This document shows, in pieces, positions 19,001-28,050 of a DNA stretch of 64,000 nucleotides (the first letter of the stretch is position 1; each line of letters begins with the position of its first letter). The DNA comes from a virus: the IMG/VR virus record IMGVR_UViG_3300037422_000262; one strand, written 5' to 3'. The position numbers and the translations under genes are program-made. The notes beneath the pieces were generated by a model that did not search any database, had not been told where the DNA came from, and was given only the letters and a program-made list of their open reading frames with translations.

Positions 19001-20787
19001 TTCGGTATTACGCTCTTACTCATAATATTGACGGGACGGTGAACGCTGAGAAGTGGGAATATTTGACGGGGGAGAATGAACGCAGCGCGATCGAAGATGA
19101 TATCGAGAACGAAACTCTTGAAGAAGGGTCCCCTGAACACGCAAAAAGATTGAAAGATATCGCCGGGAACAAGATCAACCCGGAAGACCTGGAGCGGGGT
19201 TGGGCTCAGTTAACTAAGGATGATTTGCGGTATGTTTCAATCATTAAACAGATATATGCTTCTCAATATCCCCTTTGGAATTCTATGTATCGCAAAGTCA
19301 TGTTAACCGATCTTCCGATGGTTGCCGGGGAATATTACCCGGAATTTAAAGAAGTGGCGGGAAAGGAGATCGATACGGTCTTAGACGATTTGGCGTTTCG
19401 TTTCTCGGTATCTGTTCCCGGCTCGTTCCGTGAGCGTAATCCGATGGCACGAGCGCCTTTTAAGCAGTTAAGTATCGACGACGACCTCTCGACAACGGCT
19501 CTTGAAATGTCCCATTTCATGGCCTATTACTCTTTGATCAAGGACACGTACAGTCTTTTAAAAGATCCGGATATCAGAGAAGCAATCAACCAAGTGACGG
19601 ACGGGCGGGCATTGAAGAACGGTAAATGGGCGGATGGGAACTATTATAAGCAACTTGTTAACCGTGTTGAAATGATCGCGAGCCGGGGTAGGCTGCATTT
19701 ACAGTTAAGCCGGGCGATGACCAAATATAATCAAAATTTGAGCTCTATGTTCACCGGCGGGCAGATCGATATAGGTGTCGGCCAGGTCATTCAGTCTTTG
19801 GCCGCTTTAGAGTACATAACTCCCCAAGAATTGATAGCCGGGATATTAGATTTTAAGAACAACCCGGAAGCGGTCCTTAAATTAGTGATGAAATCTCCGA
19901 TTAAACAAACCCGCGCTCAGAATTTCTTGTTAGAGATACGTGACATCATTCAATCAGGGAAAGCCGGAAATCTTGATATTTTAGGGACCGGCGGGGATTA
20001 TAAAACTTTTTTCTTTCTTCCCATTACGCTCGGGGATAACGTCAGCACGACGTTAGGGGGCTACGCGGTCCTGCGAGCAATTTATAAAAGAACGGGTGAC
20101 ATAAATTTAGCGTACGATAAAATGGATGAGTACATCGAGAAAACTCAGCAATCCGCTCGATTGACGCAGTTAGGACGGACTCAGCAGGGAAATTGGAGGG
20201 TGCTTTTTAAGTTTATCAGCTACCCGTTAACCGCGACCCGGCGGGTCATTAATACGGTCCACGAAGCGCAGACAGGTCAAGTCCCCTGGTCAAAAGCCGG
20301 GTTTGTTGTTTTTCTGTATTGGGGGTTATTATCCGCTCTTTGGGACGCTTCGAAAAAGTTGTGGGAATGGGAGTTGCGAGACGCTATGTCGGCGATGATG
20401 ATAGGACAAATCCAAGCTATCCCGTTACTCGGTAATATGATCCAGAATATGATCATCAGCGGATTTAATCATTTAGACGCGGAAGGGGAGAAAGACCGCA
20501 GGTACCCGATTTCTTTTGTTTTTACGCAGCCTTTTGATAAAGTAGCTCAGGCATTCGATTCTTTATTAACCGGGATAGAGGAGACAAATTGGGAGAGAAT
20601 GTTCGACGGGGTTATAGATATGATAGCTTATCCGGCGGGTGTCAAGACAGGGCTCCCTTTACAAACGAAAGAAGCGGCTAAAGTTTTGTTTCGTATAGGA
20701 GAACAAGAGTTACCGGCGGAAGCGGTCCTTCACCCTTTATTCGGACGGACCCTCGGACAAACAGAAAAATTCTTTAAGGAGCAATAA
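16003..20787 (+). CDS. Large internal virion (ejection) protein, gp16-like position (1594 aa)
   Basis: Largest ORF, helical with hydrophobic segments, immediately before the tail fibre. Confidence 0.65.
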   Translation: MLIPYTEPDIFSSPSDPPSVDPIDRQMQTSISSLVPVPRVNDFAITPSVDRKVFDSWYEKFLLTITKPESILAAPQLEAFAGAIKAVPDMVGNFMAAGLMAAGDIYNPQEDVFDYSVALEPAGVEPLGISAAKGLSSLQQLAQKVYIQSQELTGTEFFKNEAKTNRERISQMTSALGFHLYANAKHFDQRLREQIDYPLAYDVGNVGGQVALSALLGSVNPTLALGVLTGNVTAIKYLENRAAGVPWAPSAVMAGVVGGAQGSVERLTLSVLYRRYASKLGFIGDIILANAAEEGIQEGIDIGAEVFVGRREFDLVEDTKQTLYNTFLGALGGGMSAPVVFAAHGRIVKNLEKAGVSSEIRDSLATKLLGLGYEVGHEMIKETTGVSQEYLDDFKAISEGAKDPKEFAQRLMEEAEQKIALIIPEQKPAVEGEKKPLVVDEAEIQKAVDEQIAHDLFEPAAEPLEPVRPDILATAKLLMKGWQAKLEEEESAVEEELSAETEGQVPSTAEETLKLNVESVGAIFKSLTSQKDSLYEDEPTLYFDIASPDGRPWTFTIRPSEATPEGIINKVKQSNPKAAETLKMPKQSKAAKLTAKLEDIRSQLENIANATLEELKKQKIIVRGSEVERIRQLAEETGRKDEAKKLKAKFKQKTADLTAMKKDAEKYLRKSLPPALRGKFTGRLNEIKTEKTFSSFIDAVSAEREVYYQKYYETKVEEALEKMVPRSERNIQKGRYGVVQLQDVANKIVSIAQMSKAEVQQQLYINTQKVNDMLLNAYSFSGKGEAQEVVDKWTNEEREVLDFETFLLSTFGAVAERTSKELKTALSELGKIQNLLRMTSQQVILARQVEKEAVKQATIAEIKGDKNVEKLRQTNLGKVVHYFKRMESGLITAPASDIGTLLNILSNIKGKDVPRRLKQLAVSYLEASRVEASFTTFLVDAYNTAMKTAYNITTEKERQDLTRQRNSFKTEDGAYINENAVNTFGEPVKGGYIWSKGTLLRYYALTHNIDGTVNAEKWEYLTGENERSAIEDDIENETLEEGSPEHAKRLKDIAGNKINPEDLERGWAQLTKDDLRYVSIIKQIYASQYPLWNSMYRKVMLTDLPMVAGEYYPEFKEVAGKEIDTVLDDLAFRFSVSVPGSFRERNPMARAPFKQLSIDDDLSTTALEMSHFMAYYSLIKDTYSLLKDPDIREAINQVTDGRALKNGKWADGNYYKQLVNRVEMIASRGRLHLQLSRAMTKYNQNLSSMFTGGQIDIGVGQVIQSLAALEYITPQELIAGILDFKNNPEAVLKLVMKSPIKQTRAQNFLLEIRDIIQSGKAGNLDILGTGGDYKTFFFLPITLGDNVSTTLGGYAVLRAIYKRTGDINLAYDKMDEYIEKTQQSARLTQLGRTQQGNWRVLFKFISYPLTATRRVINTVHEAQTGQVPWSKAGFVVFLYWGLLSALWDASKKLWEWELRDAMSAMMIGQIQAIPLLGNMIQNMIISGFNHLDAEGEKDRRYPISFVFTQPFDKVAQAFDSLLTGIEETNWERMFDGVIDMIAYPAGVKTGLPLQTKEAAKVLFRIGEQELPAEAVLHPLFGRTLGQTEKFFKEQ

Positions 20788-20789
20788 CT

Positions 20790-22355
20790 ATGACAGTCTC
20801 TAGCTCAACGAATAGGACACGGCTCACATCCGCCGGCGGGACAGAATTCGATTTTACATTCAGGATCTTTGTGGCCGCGGACTTGGATGTTTACGTTATC
20901 ACCTCAGCCGGAGTTGCTACTTTAAAAACACTTACGACAGATTATACGGTAGCTTTAGACAGCGACGGGACTGGGGGAACCGTTACTTTCGGCGTCGCGG
21001 TCACATCAGGGTCAGAAGTTTTAATGGTCCGTAACATAGATTATACCCAGCCGACCGATATTCCGGTCAATCAGGGGTTTCGGGAAGACACGATTGAAAC
21101 GGCTCTTGACCGCCTTGCTATGCAGATCCAGCAGTTAAAAGAGGGGCTTGACCGTTCGTTAACCTTATCTACGACCTCAGAGATAGATTCTCTGGCGCTT
21201 CCCGACCCGGAAGCTAATAAGTTTATCGCTTGGAATTCCGCCGGGACAGCGCTCGTGAATACAGACGGACCATCCGATGTTACGGGAATCGAGGTCACGT
21301 TCGGTGTTGGGGACGCGAAGAAAGTCCTCGGTATTAACGCGGCAGGTACGGATTTCGAATTAGAGGCTTTGTCGGCGAAGATCCAGCATTCTTTGGAGGT
21401 AGTTTCGAATAAGATCCAACTTGTGAATGACACGGCATCGCCGGGGAATAGAAAAGTTTATGGAACGAACGGGAGCGGAACCCGCGGGTGGCAGGACGGA
21501 ACGCAGATATTGGATGCTGATAGCGATACCGGGGTCGAGGTTGAACAATCGGCTGATGAAGATAAGGTAAGAATTAAATCGGCAGGAACGCAGCGGGCTG
21601 TGTTTGATTCTAACGGTTTAACGCTTCAGTCAGGTGTCAATGCTAATAAGATACTCGATGAAGATAATATGGCAAGCGACGATGCGGACGCTTTGGCAAC
21701 TCAGCAGTCGATCAAAGCGTATGTTGATTCTCTTATTGGCGTGTCTTCTGCGAGACGTCAAATTTTCACAGCGGACGGGTCGTTTACGGTTCCTGCGGGG
21801 ATTACTCAAGTTTTCGTATCGATGGTCGGCGGAGGCGGAGGTGGAGGAGGGACAGGAGGAAATGCAAATGATAGGGCAAGTGGGGGTGGAGCTGGGGAGA
21901 CTTTAATTAGGGCAAGGCATCCGGTTACTCCGGGGAATAGTTATTCCGTCGTTGTTGGACAAGGAGGGGACGGGGCCTTAGGGGTTGACGGAGCAAACGG
22001 TACAAATTCTTCATTCGATTCAACCCTTGTGGCTTCTTTTGGTACGGGCGGGACGAAAATGGATACTGGTTCCGCTCAGACCCCTGGGGTAGGCGGGGGA
22101 TCTTCGACATTTAATGCAGGGGCTCCCACGGGAGGAAACGGCGGATTTAAAGGTGGTAACGGCGGTACAGGAGTGGCGGCCGGAAGCGCCGGCGGTGGGG
22201 GAGGTACCCCGTTTGGACGCGGACCCACAGCCCCGACATCAGCGGGCGGCGGTACAGATGCGACGGATGGCACAGGGACAGGCGGTACCGGCGGTTATGC
22301 GGCAAATCAAGTTGGAGGGGACGGGGCGAATGGGATTGTTATTGTAGAATGGTAA
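20790..22355 (+). CDS. Tail fibre with T7 gp17-like N-terminal anchor and Gly-rich C-terminal domain
   Basis: FDFTFRIF...DLDVY...TDY.V N-terminus, ETALDRLAMQIQQL, and C-terminal VSMVGGGGGG...GGDGANGIVIVEW. Confidence 0.85.
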   Translation: MTVSSSTNRTRLTSAGGTEFDFTFRIFVAADLDVYVITSAGVATLKTLTTDYTVALDSDGTGGTVTFGVAVTSGSEVLMVRNIDYTQPTDIPVNQGFREDTIETALDRLAMQIQQLKEGLDRSLTLSTTSEIDSLALPDPEANKFIAWNSAGTALVNTDGPSDVTGIEVTFGVGDAKKVLGINAAGTDFELEALSAKIQHSLEVVSNKIQLVNDTASPGNRKVYGTNGSGTRGWQDGTQILDADSDTGVEVEQSADEDKVRIKSAGTQRAVFDSNGLTLQSGVNANKILDEDNMASDDADALATQQSIKAYVDSLIGVSSARRQIFTADGSFTVPAGITQVFVSMVGGGGGGGGTGGNANDRASGGGAGETLIRARHPVTPGNSYSVVVGQGGDGALGVDGANGTNSSFDSTLVASFGTGGTKMDTGSAQTPGVGGGSSTFNAGAPTGGNGGFKGGNGGTGVAAGSAGGGGGTPFGRGPTAPTSAGGGTDATDGTGTGGTGGYAANQVGGDGANGIVIVEW

Positions 22356-22373
22356 TTTAACTAAGGAGCGACT

Positions 22374-23255
22374 ATGTCATACGACGGCGGATTTAATTCA
22401 ACAGAACCAGTCATGTCAAAGAAAGACGTCGAGGTTCAGCAGGAAGCTGAACTTACAACCTATCAATTGAAGATCACGGCTCTTAAAAAAGAGGCGAGGG
22501 ATTTAACCTCCGAGATCTCTTTAAAACAAGCGGAGCTTAAGTCCATGATCGAATCTGCCCGTTTGGAATTGCAAACGGCTGAAAATCTTTCGGCCCAACA
22601 ACAGAAACAATTTTCTCTTGAGCAAGAACGATCCTTACAGTTGTTGGATGAACGCGCGGCGGCTTTAGATAGGTTGGAAGAGGCGTCGGTTAAACGTTTG
22701 ACGGAAGCGGAAGTGCTCGAGATCGAATTTAAACAGAAGATTGAGGAGCTCAATATCGCCCGGGTCACGGTCAATTCGATCCGTGCTGATTACGATTCCG
22801 CATTCTTACGGTTACGCAAAGACATAGCGGACCTAGATCAAAGGGAAGCGGCCATCCGGGAGAAAGAAAAGGAAGTGGAACAAGACGCTGATTCCGCCGA
22901 GCATATATTTAAAGAGATCAGGGCTATGCAGGATGACGTCCGGGCTTCGATCAAAGTTTCGGATGAGAAAAAAGCCGAAGCGGAAGCTCTTATGAAAAAA
23001 GCTTTTGATCGCCTGGAAGAGGCCCAGAAGCTTCATACATCCCTCCTTATTACCCAGCAAGAACGGGATGAGATCGAGGGCCTGAAAAAGAAATTGGAAG
23101 ATGAATTGGCGAACGTTAAACCGTACTTAGATACCCTTATCGAACGGGAATCCCGTTTAGTTGTCCGGGAACGCGCGGTTGAGATAGAAAAAAGGGAGGC
23201 TTCGACCAGATTACAAGAGGCCAAAAATTTAGAAAAGAAATTAGCCCAACCTTAA
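22374..23255 (+). CDS. Long coiled-coil protein (293 aa)
   Basis: SD AAGGAG; continuous E/K/L/A heptad composition. Confidence 0.75.
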   Translation: MSYDGGFNSTEPVMSKKDVEVQQEAELTTYQLKITALKKEARDLTSEISLKQAELKSMIESARLELQTAENLSAQQQKQFSLEQERSLQLLDERAAALDRLEEASVKRLTEAEVLEIEFKQKIEELNIARVTVNSIRADYDSAFLRLRKDIADLDQREAAIREKEKEVEQDADSAEHIFKEIRAMQDDVRASIKVSDEKKAEAEALMKKAFDRLEEAQKLHTSLLITQQERDEIEGLKKKLEDELANVKPYLDTLIERESRLVVRERAVEIEKREASTRLQEAKNLEKKLAQP

Positions 23256-23273
23256 TAGAGGAGGAATCACCCC

Positions 23274-23675
23274 ATGCCCGAAGTCGTCGCAGCAAAAACA
23301 ATAGATCTTTTATCATTAGGTGGAGTGACTGAATTAGCCGTCGCCTCTACTACAACCGTTTATGGGCGGTCTTTTCCTTTACCCAGAGAAGCTTCTTTTA
23401 GTTTAGAAATTCAGTTTGACTCCGCGGCCGCCGTGGATGTGAAGCTTGAATTAGAGAACGGGTCTTCCCGCCCCGATACAGAAGGGGCAGTTGACACTGA
23501 TTATGTTGAAGCGGACGGAGCAAGCGATGTCGCGACAGGGATCACAACGGAAACGGTCCATTTCATTCCTGTATCACCGACTGTTTCGCCGTTCGCCCGT
23601 TTCCGTTTTACCGGACAGGGGGCCAATGCCGCCAGCACGAAGATCACACGTTGTAAGCTGCATTATATTCAGTAG
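23274..23675 (+). CDS. Beta-rich hypothetical structural protein (133 aa)
   Basis: SD GGAGG; alternating beta-strand patterns (FSLEIQF, VKLELE, ARFRF). Confidence 0.7.
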   Translation: MPEVVAAKTIDLLSLGGVTELAVASTTTVYGRSFPLPREASFSLEIQFDSAAAVDVKLELENGSSRPDTEGAVDTDYVEADGASDVATGITTETVHFIPVSPTVSPFARFRFTGQGANAASTKITRCKLHYIQ

Positions 23676-26424
23676 TCTTTTTCTCTGGGCACTGAATGTT
23701 CAAGCGCAAGTTCGCGACTCTTATAACGAGGGCGATCTTGAAATGCAGGGCTATTCCGTCGACGGCCACGAATCTCTAGGCCTTTCCTTCGATTGCGACA
23801 ACGATAATTTCGACGAGCTTGTTTGTACCGCTTCCGGCGATCTGACCGTCGGGGATGTTACCTACACCGGGACAGACGGAGCTAACGGCGAGTGTTTAAG
23901 GACCGACGGGCTTGGCGGGACTTTTTTTGACACCTGCGCCAGCGGTTCCGGAGGTTCAGCGGATTCGGTAGCTTACCATAAAATAACCCCTCCTTTAACT
24001 TCCCACGGCATCGGCTTTTCCACATTCACGAATACTTGGACATCTGCCGCTTCAGCCACAGACTTCTTCACCATTTTAGGTACGTCAAACGCTGCCAGCC
24101 TTCTTCATTTGAACGGCGATGCTAACACGACCCGGATGATAATGGATGCTGACGCCGGGACGCCTCGTATATTCTCTTTTAGAACAGATGATGTCGCGCG
24201 TTGGGCTTTTCGTGTTGATGGAGCTGAAACGGGTTCAAATGTCGGAGGAGACCTTCATGTCAGGCGTTATGACGACGCGGGAACCTTGCTTGGCACGCCG
24301 ATGGCTTTTGTCCGCTCTAATGGCAGGGTTGGGATCGGAACAACAGCACCGAACGAACAGCTTGAGATCACTGAGAACTTACGCTTGCCTGCTTCCACAG
24401 CAACGACAGGTATTTATTATGCTGGCGGTAATCGGTTCATCCATAATATCGGGACGGACAGTTTATCTATCGGTACGAATGCCACTCAATTGAATTCCAC
24501 CAGTATCGCAAGGACCACGGTTGGAGGGGCTCAAGCATACAGCACATCGGGAGCCACCGGGGATGATATTACGGCTTTTGGCTATCAAGCCTGTAACGCC
24601 ATCACCTCTGCCGATGAAACGACGTGTATCGGTTCTTTGTCAGGAGCTTCTTCTTTGGGGGCTCAAAATACATTTTTAGGATATAATGCTCGGGCTTCTG
24701 GGACTTCTGAAACCCCAACTATTGCGATAGGGCACAATGCTATATGCCACGGACAATCGATCTGTGTCGGGAAAGACGCGACATCAACCGCGGCTAATCA
24801 AGTTATTATCGGGGGGAGCGACTCAACCGGGCAGATCAATGATGTTTATTTCGGCCGCGGCGTAACGGCAGCGAATCCACCGGCGAATGTTACATTGAAC
24901 CCTACTGGAAGGGTCGGGACTGACGCGACAGGAACACATTTGTATATCGCCGGAGGCAAAGCCACAGGTAACGCTGCCGGAGGGGATATTTCTTTCAGGA
25001 CATCCGACGCCGGAGTTTCCGGTTCAACCTTACAGACGTTATCTGAAAAATGGCAAGTTGATGCCGGAGGAGATTTCCTACCCGGCACAACAAACACGCG
25101 CAGTGTCGGTTCGGCCGGCAACAGGGTTGAATCGCTATTCCTTCACAATAACGGGGGGTATTCAATAGAATGGCCTGACACCGTTGAGCTGGGGGCATCT
25201 GCCGACCATTACCTTAAAGTTGGAGGGGCTTTCGGAGCGAATAGTTCCTCTTTCACATTATGGTTCGACCAATTAAAAACAACGGTGGATGCAGGGAATA
25301 ATATTCTAGGGATTTACCAGGGCGTTGCTAATGCTACTGCCGACGTGACCTCTAACAACCGCGTCGTGATTACGAACGACATTAATGGAGCTTCGCTCGA
25401 AGATTATTTTTATCTTGGGGCTTCCGGGGCAATAGCTCCTTCTCCGGGTATAAACTTTTTACATACAAACAGCTCAGCGCCACCGACCGCGTTAAACATG
25501 GGGTTCATCAATGAATCAGGTGGAGCGCGTTTCATATTCCGTCCAACGTTCGGGGACGTAATGCCAAGGGTAATATCTCCCGGAAGTAGTGGTATTTCCA
25601 TCACATTTGGCAAGGAAACGCAAACGACGCGTGATTCTTTGTTTCAATTCGAATATCCGACGGGGATGATCTTCCGTAACGCCGCGACGTTATCGAGTAT
25701 GGCCCATTTTTCAGGTTCAACCGCGGTAAATCCGGGGACGGGGGCCTCTGATATAATATCAAACGTAACGATCAGCGCTCCGACGTTCGTGACAAACACG
25801 CCTAACACAGCGACAAATTTATATATTCCAGAGGCCCCGACAGGCGGAACGGGTAATTATGCGATGTTTATCGATGGCGGGGTTTTAAGGGCTGATGACG
25901 GCGCTTTATTTAACAATGACCAAGGGGCAACGAATGATTTTATTGTCCGCGGAGATACTTTATCAAATTTATTTTATATAGATTATTCAGCGGATAAGAT
26001 CGGCATCGGCACATCGACACCGACCCACTCTCTTGATATAGTCGGCGGTATTGACGCCGACCATTGGCACGGAAGTGCGACAGATAATAGCGGAATTAAT
26101 TTCAATACGTTCACAAATACTTGGACTTCGACAGATGGCGGTTCCGGCACATTCTTCAGAATAGATACACCTTCAACGGATATTACGGTGACCAAAAACG
26201 GGAATGTTGGGATCGGAACGACCGCTCCGGCGCATCAGTTTGAATTTACGAATACTTGGACCCATTCAACGGCTGGCGTCTTTTTCCCGCGATGTGTTTC
26301 TTCCGATCCCTGCACGATAGCCTTAAAGACGGGACAATTTGCCAACTGTAATACGGGCGAGCCGTGTTACTGCGATAATAATGGAAACGGTATAAGTTCG
26401 GTTGATGGAACAAATTGTTTTTAA
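23626..26424 (+). CDS. Exported tail-fibre/adhesin-like protein with Sec signal peptide (~932 aa)
   Basis: In-frame ATG 23626 with SD-like GGACAGGGGG gives MPPARRSHVVSCIIFSSLFLWALNVQA|QVRD. Three GIGT fibre repeats, three FTNTWT motifs, Cys clusters at both ends. Confidence 0.7.
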   Translation: MPPARRSHVVSCIIFSSLFLWALNVQAQVRDSYNEGDLEMQGYSVDGHESLGLSFDCDNDNFDELVCTASGDLTVGDVTYTGTDGANGECLRTDGLGGTFFDTCASGSGGSADSVAYHKITPPLTSHGIGFSTFTNTWTSAASATDFFTILGTSNAASLLHLNGDANTTRMIMDADAGTPRIFSFRTDDVARWAFRVDGAETGSNVGGDLHVRRYDDAGTLLGTPMAFVRSNGRVGIGTTAPNEQLEITENLRLPASTATTGIYYAGGNRFIHNIGTDSLSIGTNATQLNSTSIARTTVGGAQAYSTSGATGDDITAFGYQACNAITSADETTCIGSLSGASSLGAQNTFLGYNARASGTSETPTIAIGHNAICHGQSICVGKDATSTAANQVIIGGSDSTGQINDVYFGRGVTAANPPANVTLNPTGRVGTDATGTHLYIAGGKATGNAAGGDISFRTSDAGVSGSTLQTLSEKWQVDAGGDFLPGTTNTRSVGSAGNRVESLFLHNNGGYSIEWPDTVELGASADHYLKVGGAFGANSSSFTLWFDQLKTTVDAGNNILGIYQGVANATADVTSNNRVVITNDINGASLEDYFYLGASGAIAPSPGINFLHTNSSAPPTALNMGFINESGGARFIFRPTFGDVMPRVISPGSSGISITFGKETQTTRDSLFQFEYPTGMIFRNAATLSSMAHFSGSTAVNPGTGASDIISNVTISAPTFVTNTPNTATNLYIPEAPTGGTGNYAMFIDGGVLRADDGALFNNDQGATNDFIVRGDTLSNLFYIDYSADKIGIGTSTPTHSLDIVGGIDADHWHGSATDNSGINFNTFTNTWTSTDGGSGTFFRIDTPSTDITVTKNGNVGIGTTAPAHQFEFTNTWTHSTAGVFFPRCVSSDPCTIALKTGQFANCNTGEPCYCDNNGNGISSVDGTNCF

Positions 26425-26434
26425 AGGAGGGATT

Positions 26435-26752
26435 ATGCGTAAAGTCATTATTGGTGTTTTATTTGGGTGTCTTTTAACAACCGCCTGTCATGCCGCGTTG
26501 ACGGCCGGGCAAAAGTCTAAGATGAGGCGTTATTTTCGATATTGGGTCACAGCGGCAGACGTCCAAGACGTCTTGGATACCAGGTTGACCTCGATCTTCA
26601 ATATGCTTTCCGAGGCTCAGCAAGAGGCTGTTTTCACGCAGATGAAAGCTGATATTGTCGATTACCATAATCTCATGGAAACGACACGGCAAGGGCAGAT
26701 CAATGAACTTAATGCCGGAATAACAACGTTGGAATCGGATATAGGGATATAA
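26435..26752 (+). CDS. Exported helical protein with signal peptide (105 aa)
   Basis: SD AAGGAGG before ATG 26435; MRKVIIGVLFGCLLTTACHA|A. Confidence 0.7.
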   Translation: MRKVIIGVLFGCLLTTACHAALTAGQKSKMRRYFRYWVTAADVQDVLDTRLTSIFNMLSEAQQEAVFTQMKADIVDYHNLMETTRQGQINELNAGITTLESDIGI

Positions 26753-26754
26753 TC

Positions 26755-27021
26755 TTGGAAGAATCGCTAAAGCAGTTATGGACTTTCTGTTTGTGGTTTG
26801 CCGGGATCAGCACAACAGCCGCTTTATTCATCGGAGGATGGATGATGAAAATTCATTCGCGTATCGGTATTGGAGAGATGATCGAAAAAGATTTAAAGGG
26901 GATGGCCAAAGACGTTAATGAAATCAAGGTCGCTATGGTCGGAGATTTTGACAAACCCGGATTATTGCGAAAACATTATGAGCTTGAACAGAGAGTCAAG
27001 GATCTTGAAGATAAAACTTAA
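26755..27021 (+). CDS. Single-TM plus coiled-coil membrane protein (TTG start)
   Basis: N-terminal hydrophobic helix followed by heptads. Confidence 0.6.
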   Translation: MEESLKQLWTFCLWFAGISTTAALFIGGWMMKIHSRIGIGEMIEKDLKGMAKDVNEIKVAMVGDFDKPGLLRKHYELEQRVKDLEDKT

Positions 27022-27036
27022 ACTAAGGAGGCTGTT

Positions 27037-27114
27037 ATGGCTTGGGAAATTATCGTTCTTATCGGTATGGGGGTTATGATCGGTGTCGGTATCTACAAAT
27101 TCTATAAAAAGTAA
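27037..27114 (+). CDS. 25-aa single-TM peptide MAWEIIVLIGMGVMIGVGIYKFYKK (not in ORF track)
   Basis: Strong SD AAGGAGG; stop overlaps the next ATG (TAATG). Confidence 0.7.
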   Translation: MAWEIIVLIGMGVMIGVGIYKFYKK

Positions 27115-27380
27115 TGGGACAGCCCACCTCTTACGATTATCCGAATCAAGCTGTTCAGTATCCTATCCAGCAGACGGTTGAAGTTATTAAGCATGAAACA
27201 ACTGACCGCTGGCAGCAAATAATTTTGTTGATAGGAGATACCATTGGGTATCCCTGGTTATTTGCTTTAATTGTTATGGGGGCTTTTGTTGTTGCTGGCG
27301 TTGTATTCAAGAAACATTTAAAGAAAATCTTGGGTGTTTGGGTTGAAGCTTTAAACAACTTTATAAATAATGACAAATGA
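27114..27380 (+). CDS. Membrane protein (88 aa)
   Basis: Central TM WLFALIVMGAFVVAGVVF; coupled start. Confidence 0.6.
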   Translation: MGQPTSYDYPNQAVQYPIQQTVEVIKHETTDRWQQIILLIGDTIGYPWLFALIVMGAFVVAGVVFKKHLKKILGVWVEALNNFINNDK

Positions 27381-27645
27381 CAACGTTTCTAAGCTACCTG
27401 ATTGCCCGTGCTGTCATCGCCCTTGGCTTGACGCTCGCCCTGTTGGAGTTAATCAAGGTTATGTGGAATGGAATGAAGCGCGGAGGCAATGGGACTTCTT
27501 AAGCCTTATCGGACGTTCCCATCTTTACGAGGTATTTGATTGCAATTTTATACGCCAGCAATGTATGATAAAAGGCGAAGAAGATAGGCGACCCAGGAAG
27601 GGTAAGCTCATTTGGGTGGAAGATGAAGATCCAGCTCGAACATGA
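27370..27645 (+). CDS. Hypothetical Cys-containing protein (91 aa)
   Basis: Overlapping start in the operon; CPCCH motif. Confidence 0.5.
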   Translation: MTNDNVSKLPDCPCCHRPWLDARPVGVNQGYVEWNEARRQWDFLSLIGRSHLYEVFDCNFIRQQCMIKGEEDRRPRKGKLIWVEDEDPART

Positions 27646-27796
27646 AACGATCGGGCAGTATGTTCAAAATATCCGTTCCTTCATTGAAGTCGGCGACTTG
27701 GGGAACGCTTTAAAATATACAAAGAAGGCCCAGGAATTGATCGACCGGGCTAAACTCGAAGCGGATTATAAATCAACCCATGAGGTGAATATGTGA
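27623..27796 (+). CDS. Small helical hypothetical protein (57 aa, MKIQLEHETIGQYVQNIRSF...; not in ORF track)
   Basis: Fills the gap between two genes; GGTGGA SD-like sequence; TGATG coupling to the holin-like gene. Confidence 0.55.
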   Translation: MKIQLEHETIGQYVQNIRSFIEVGDLGNALKYTKKAQELIDRAKLEADYKSTHEVNM

Positions 27797-28050
27797 TGGA
27801 TAAAATGACCCCTTTTAAAATATTTAGCGGGAAATTTGTTTTTACCGTAATTACCGCCCTTGTCTTTGCTTATTCTGCGTGGGCAAAAGTCCTTAATGGC
27901 GAGCAGATCTATGGAGTGATAATGCTCGTTGTGGCTTTCTATTTCAACAAAAATCAAGAACAAACCGAACACCTAAACGGAGGGAAAAATGAAGAAACTA
28001 ATCCTGTTAATTATCCTGCTGATCCTGCCGAGCCTGGCGCTGGCAAATGA
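27796..28050 (+). CDS. Holin-like two-TM protein
   Basis: Two short TMs ending in VVAFYF plus a charged tail; lies before the spanin-like pair. Confidence 0.5.
   Translation: MDKMTPFKIFSGKFVFTVITALVFAYSAWAKVLNGEQIYGVIMLVVAFYFNKNQEQTEHLNGGKNEETNPVNYPADPAEPGAGK

Noticed and set aside
4456-22347. Numerous 60-180-aa antisense or alternative-frame ORFs within structural genes (e.g. 9298-9837, 7740-8252, 39869-40354)
   Set aside because: They are fully nested in well-supported genes, have no RBS or recognisable motifs, and are expected by chance at this GC content.
20790-26424. Diversity-generating retroelement (expected by analogy with BPP-1); repeated FTNTWT-coding segments near 24016, 26101 and 26240
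   Set aside because: No reverse transcriptase or Avd in the full unit. The repeats are short, lie in one ORF and differ at non-adenine positions, so there is no TR/VR pair.
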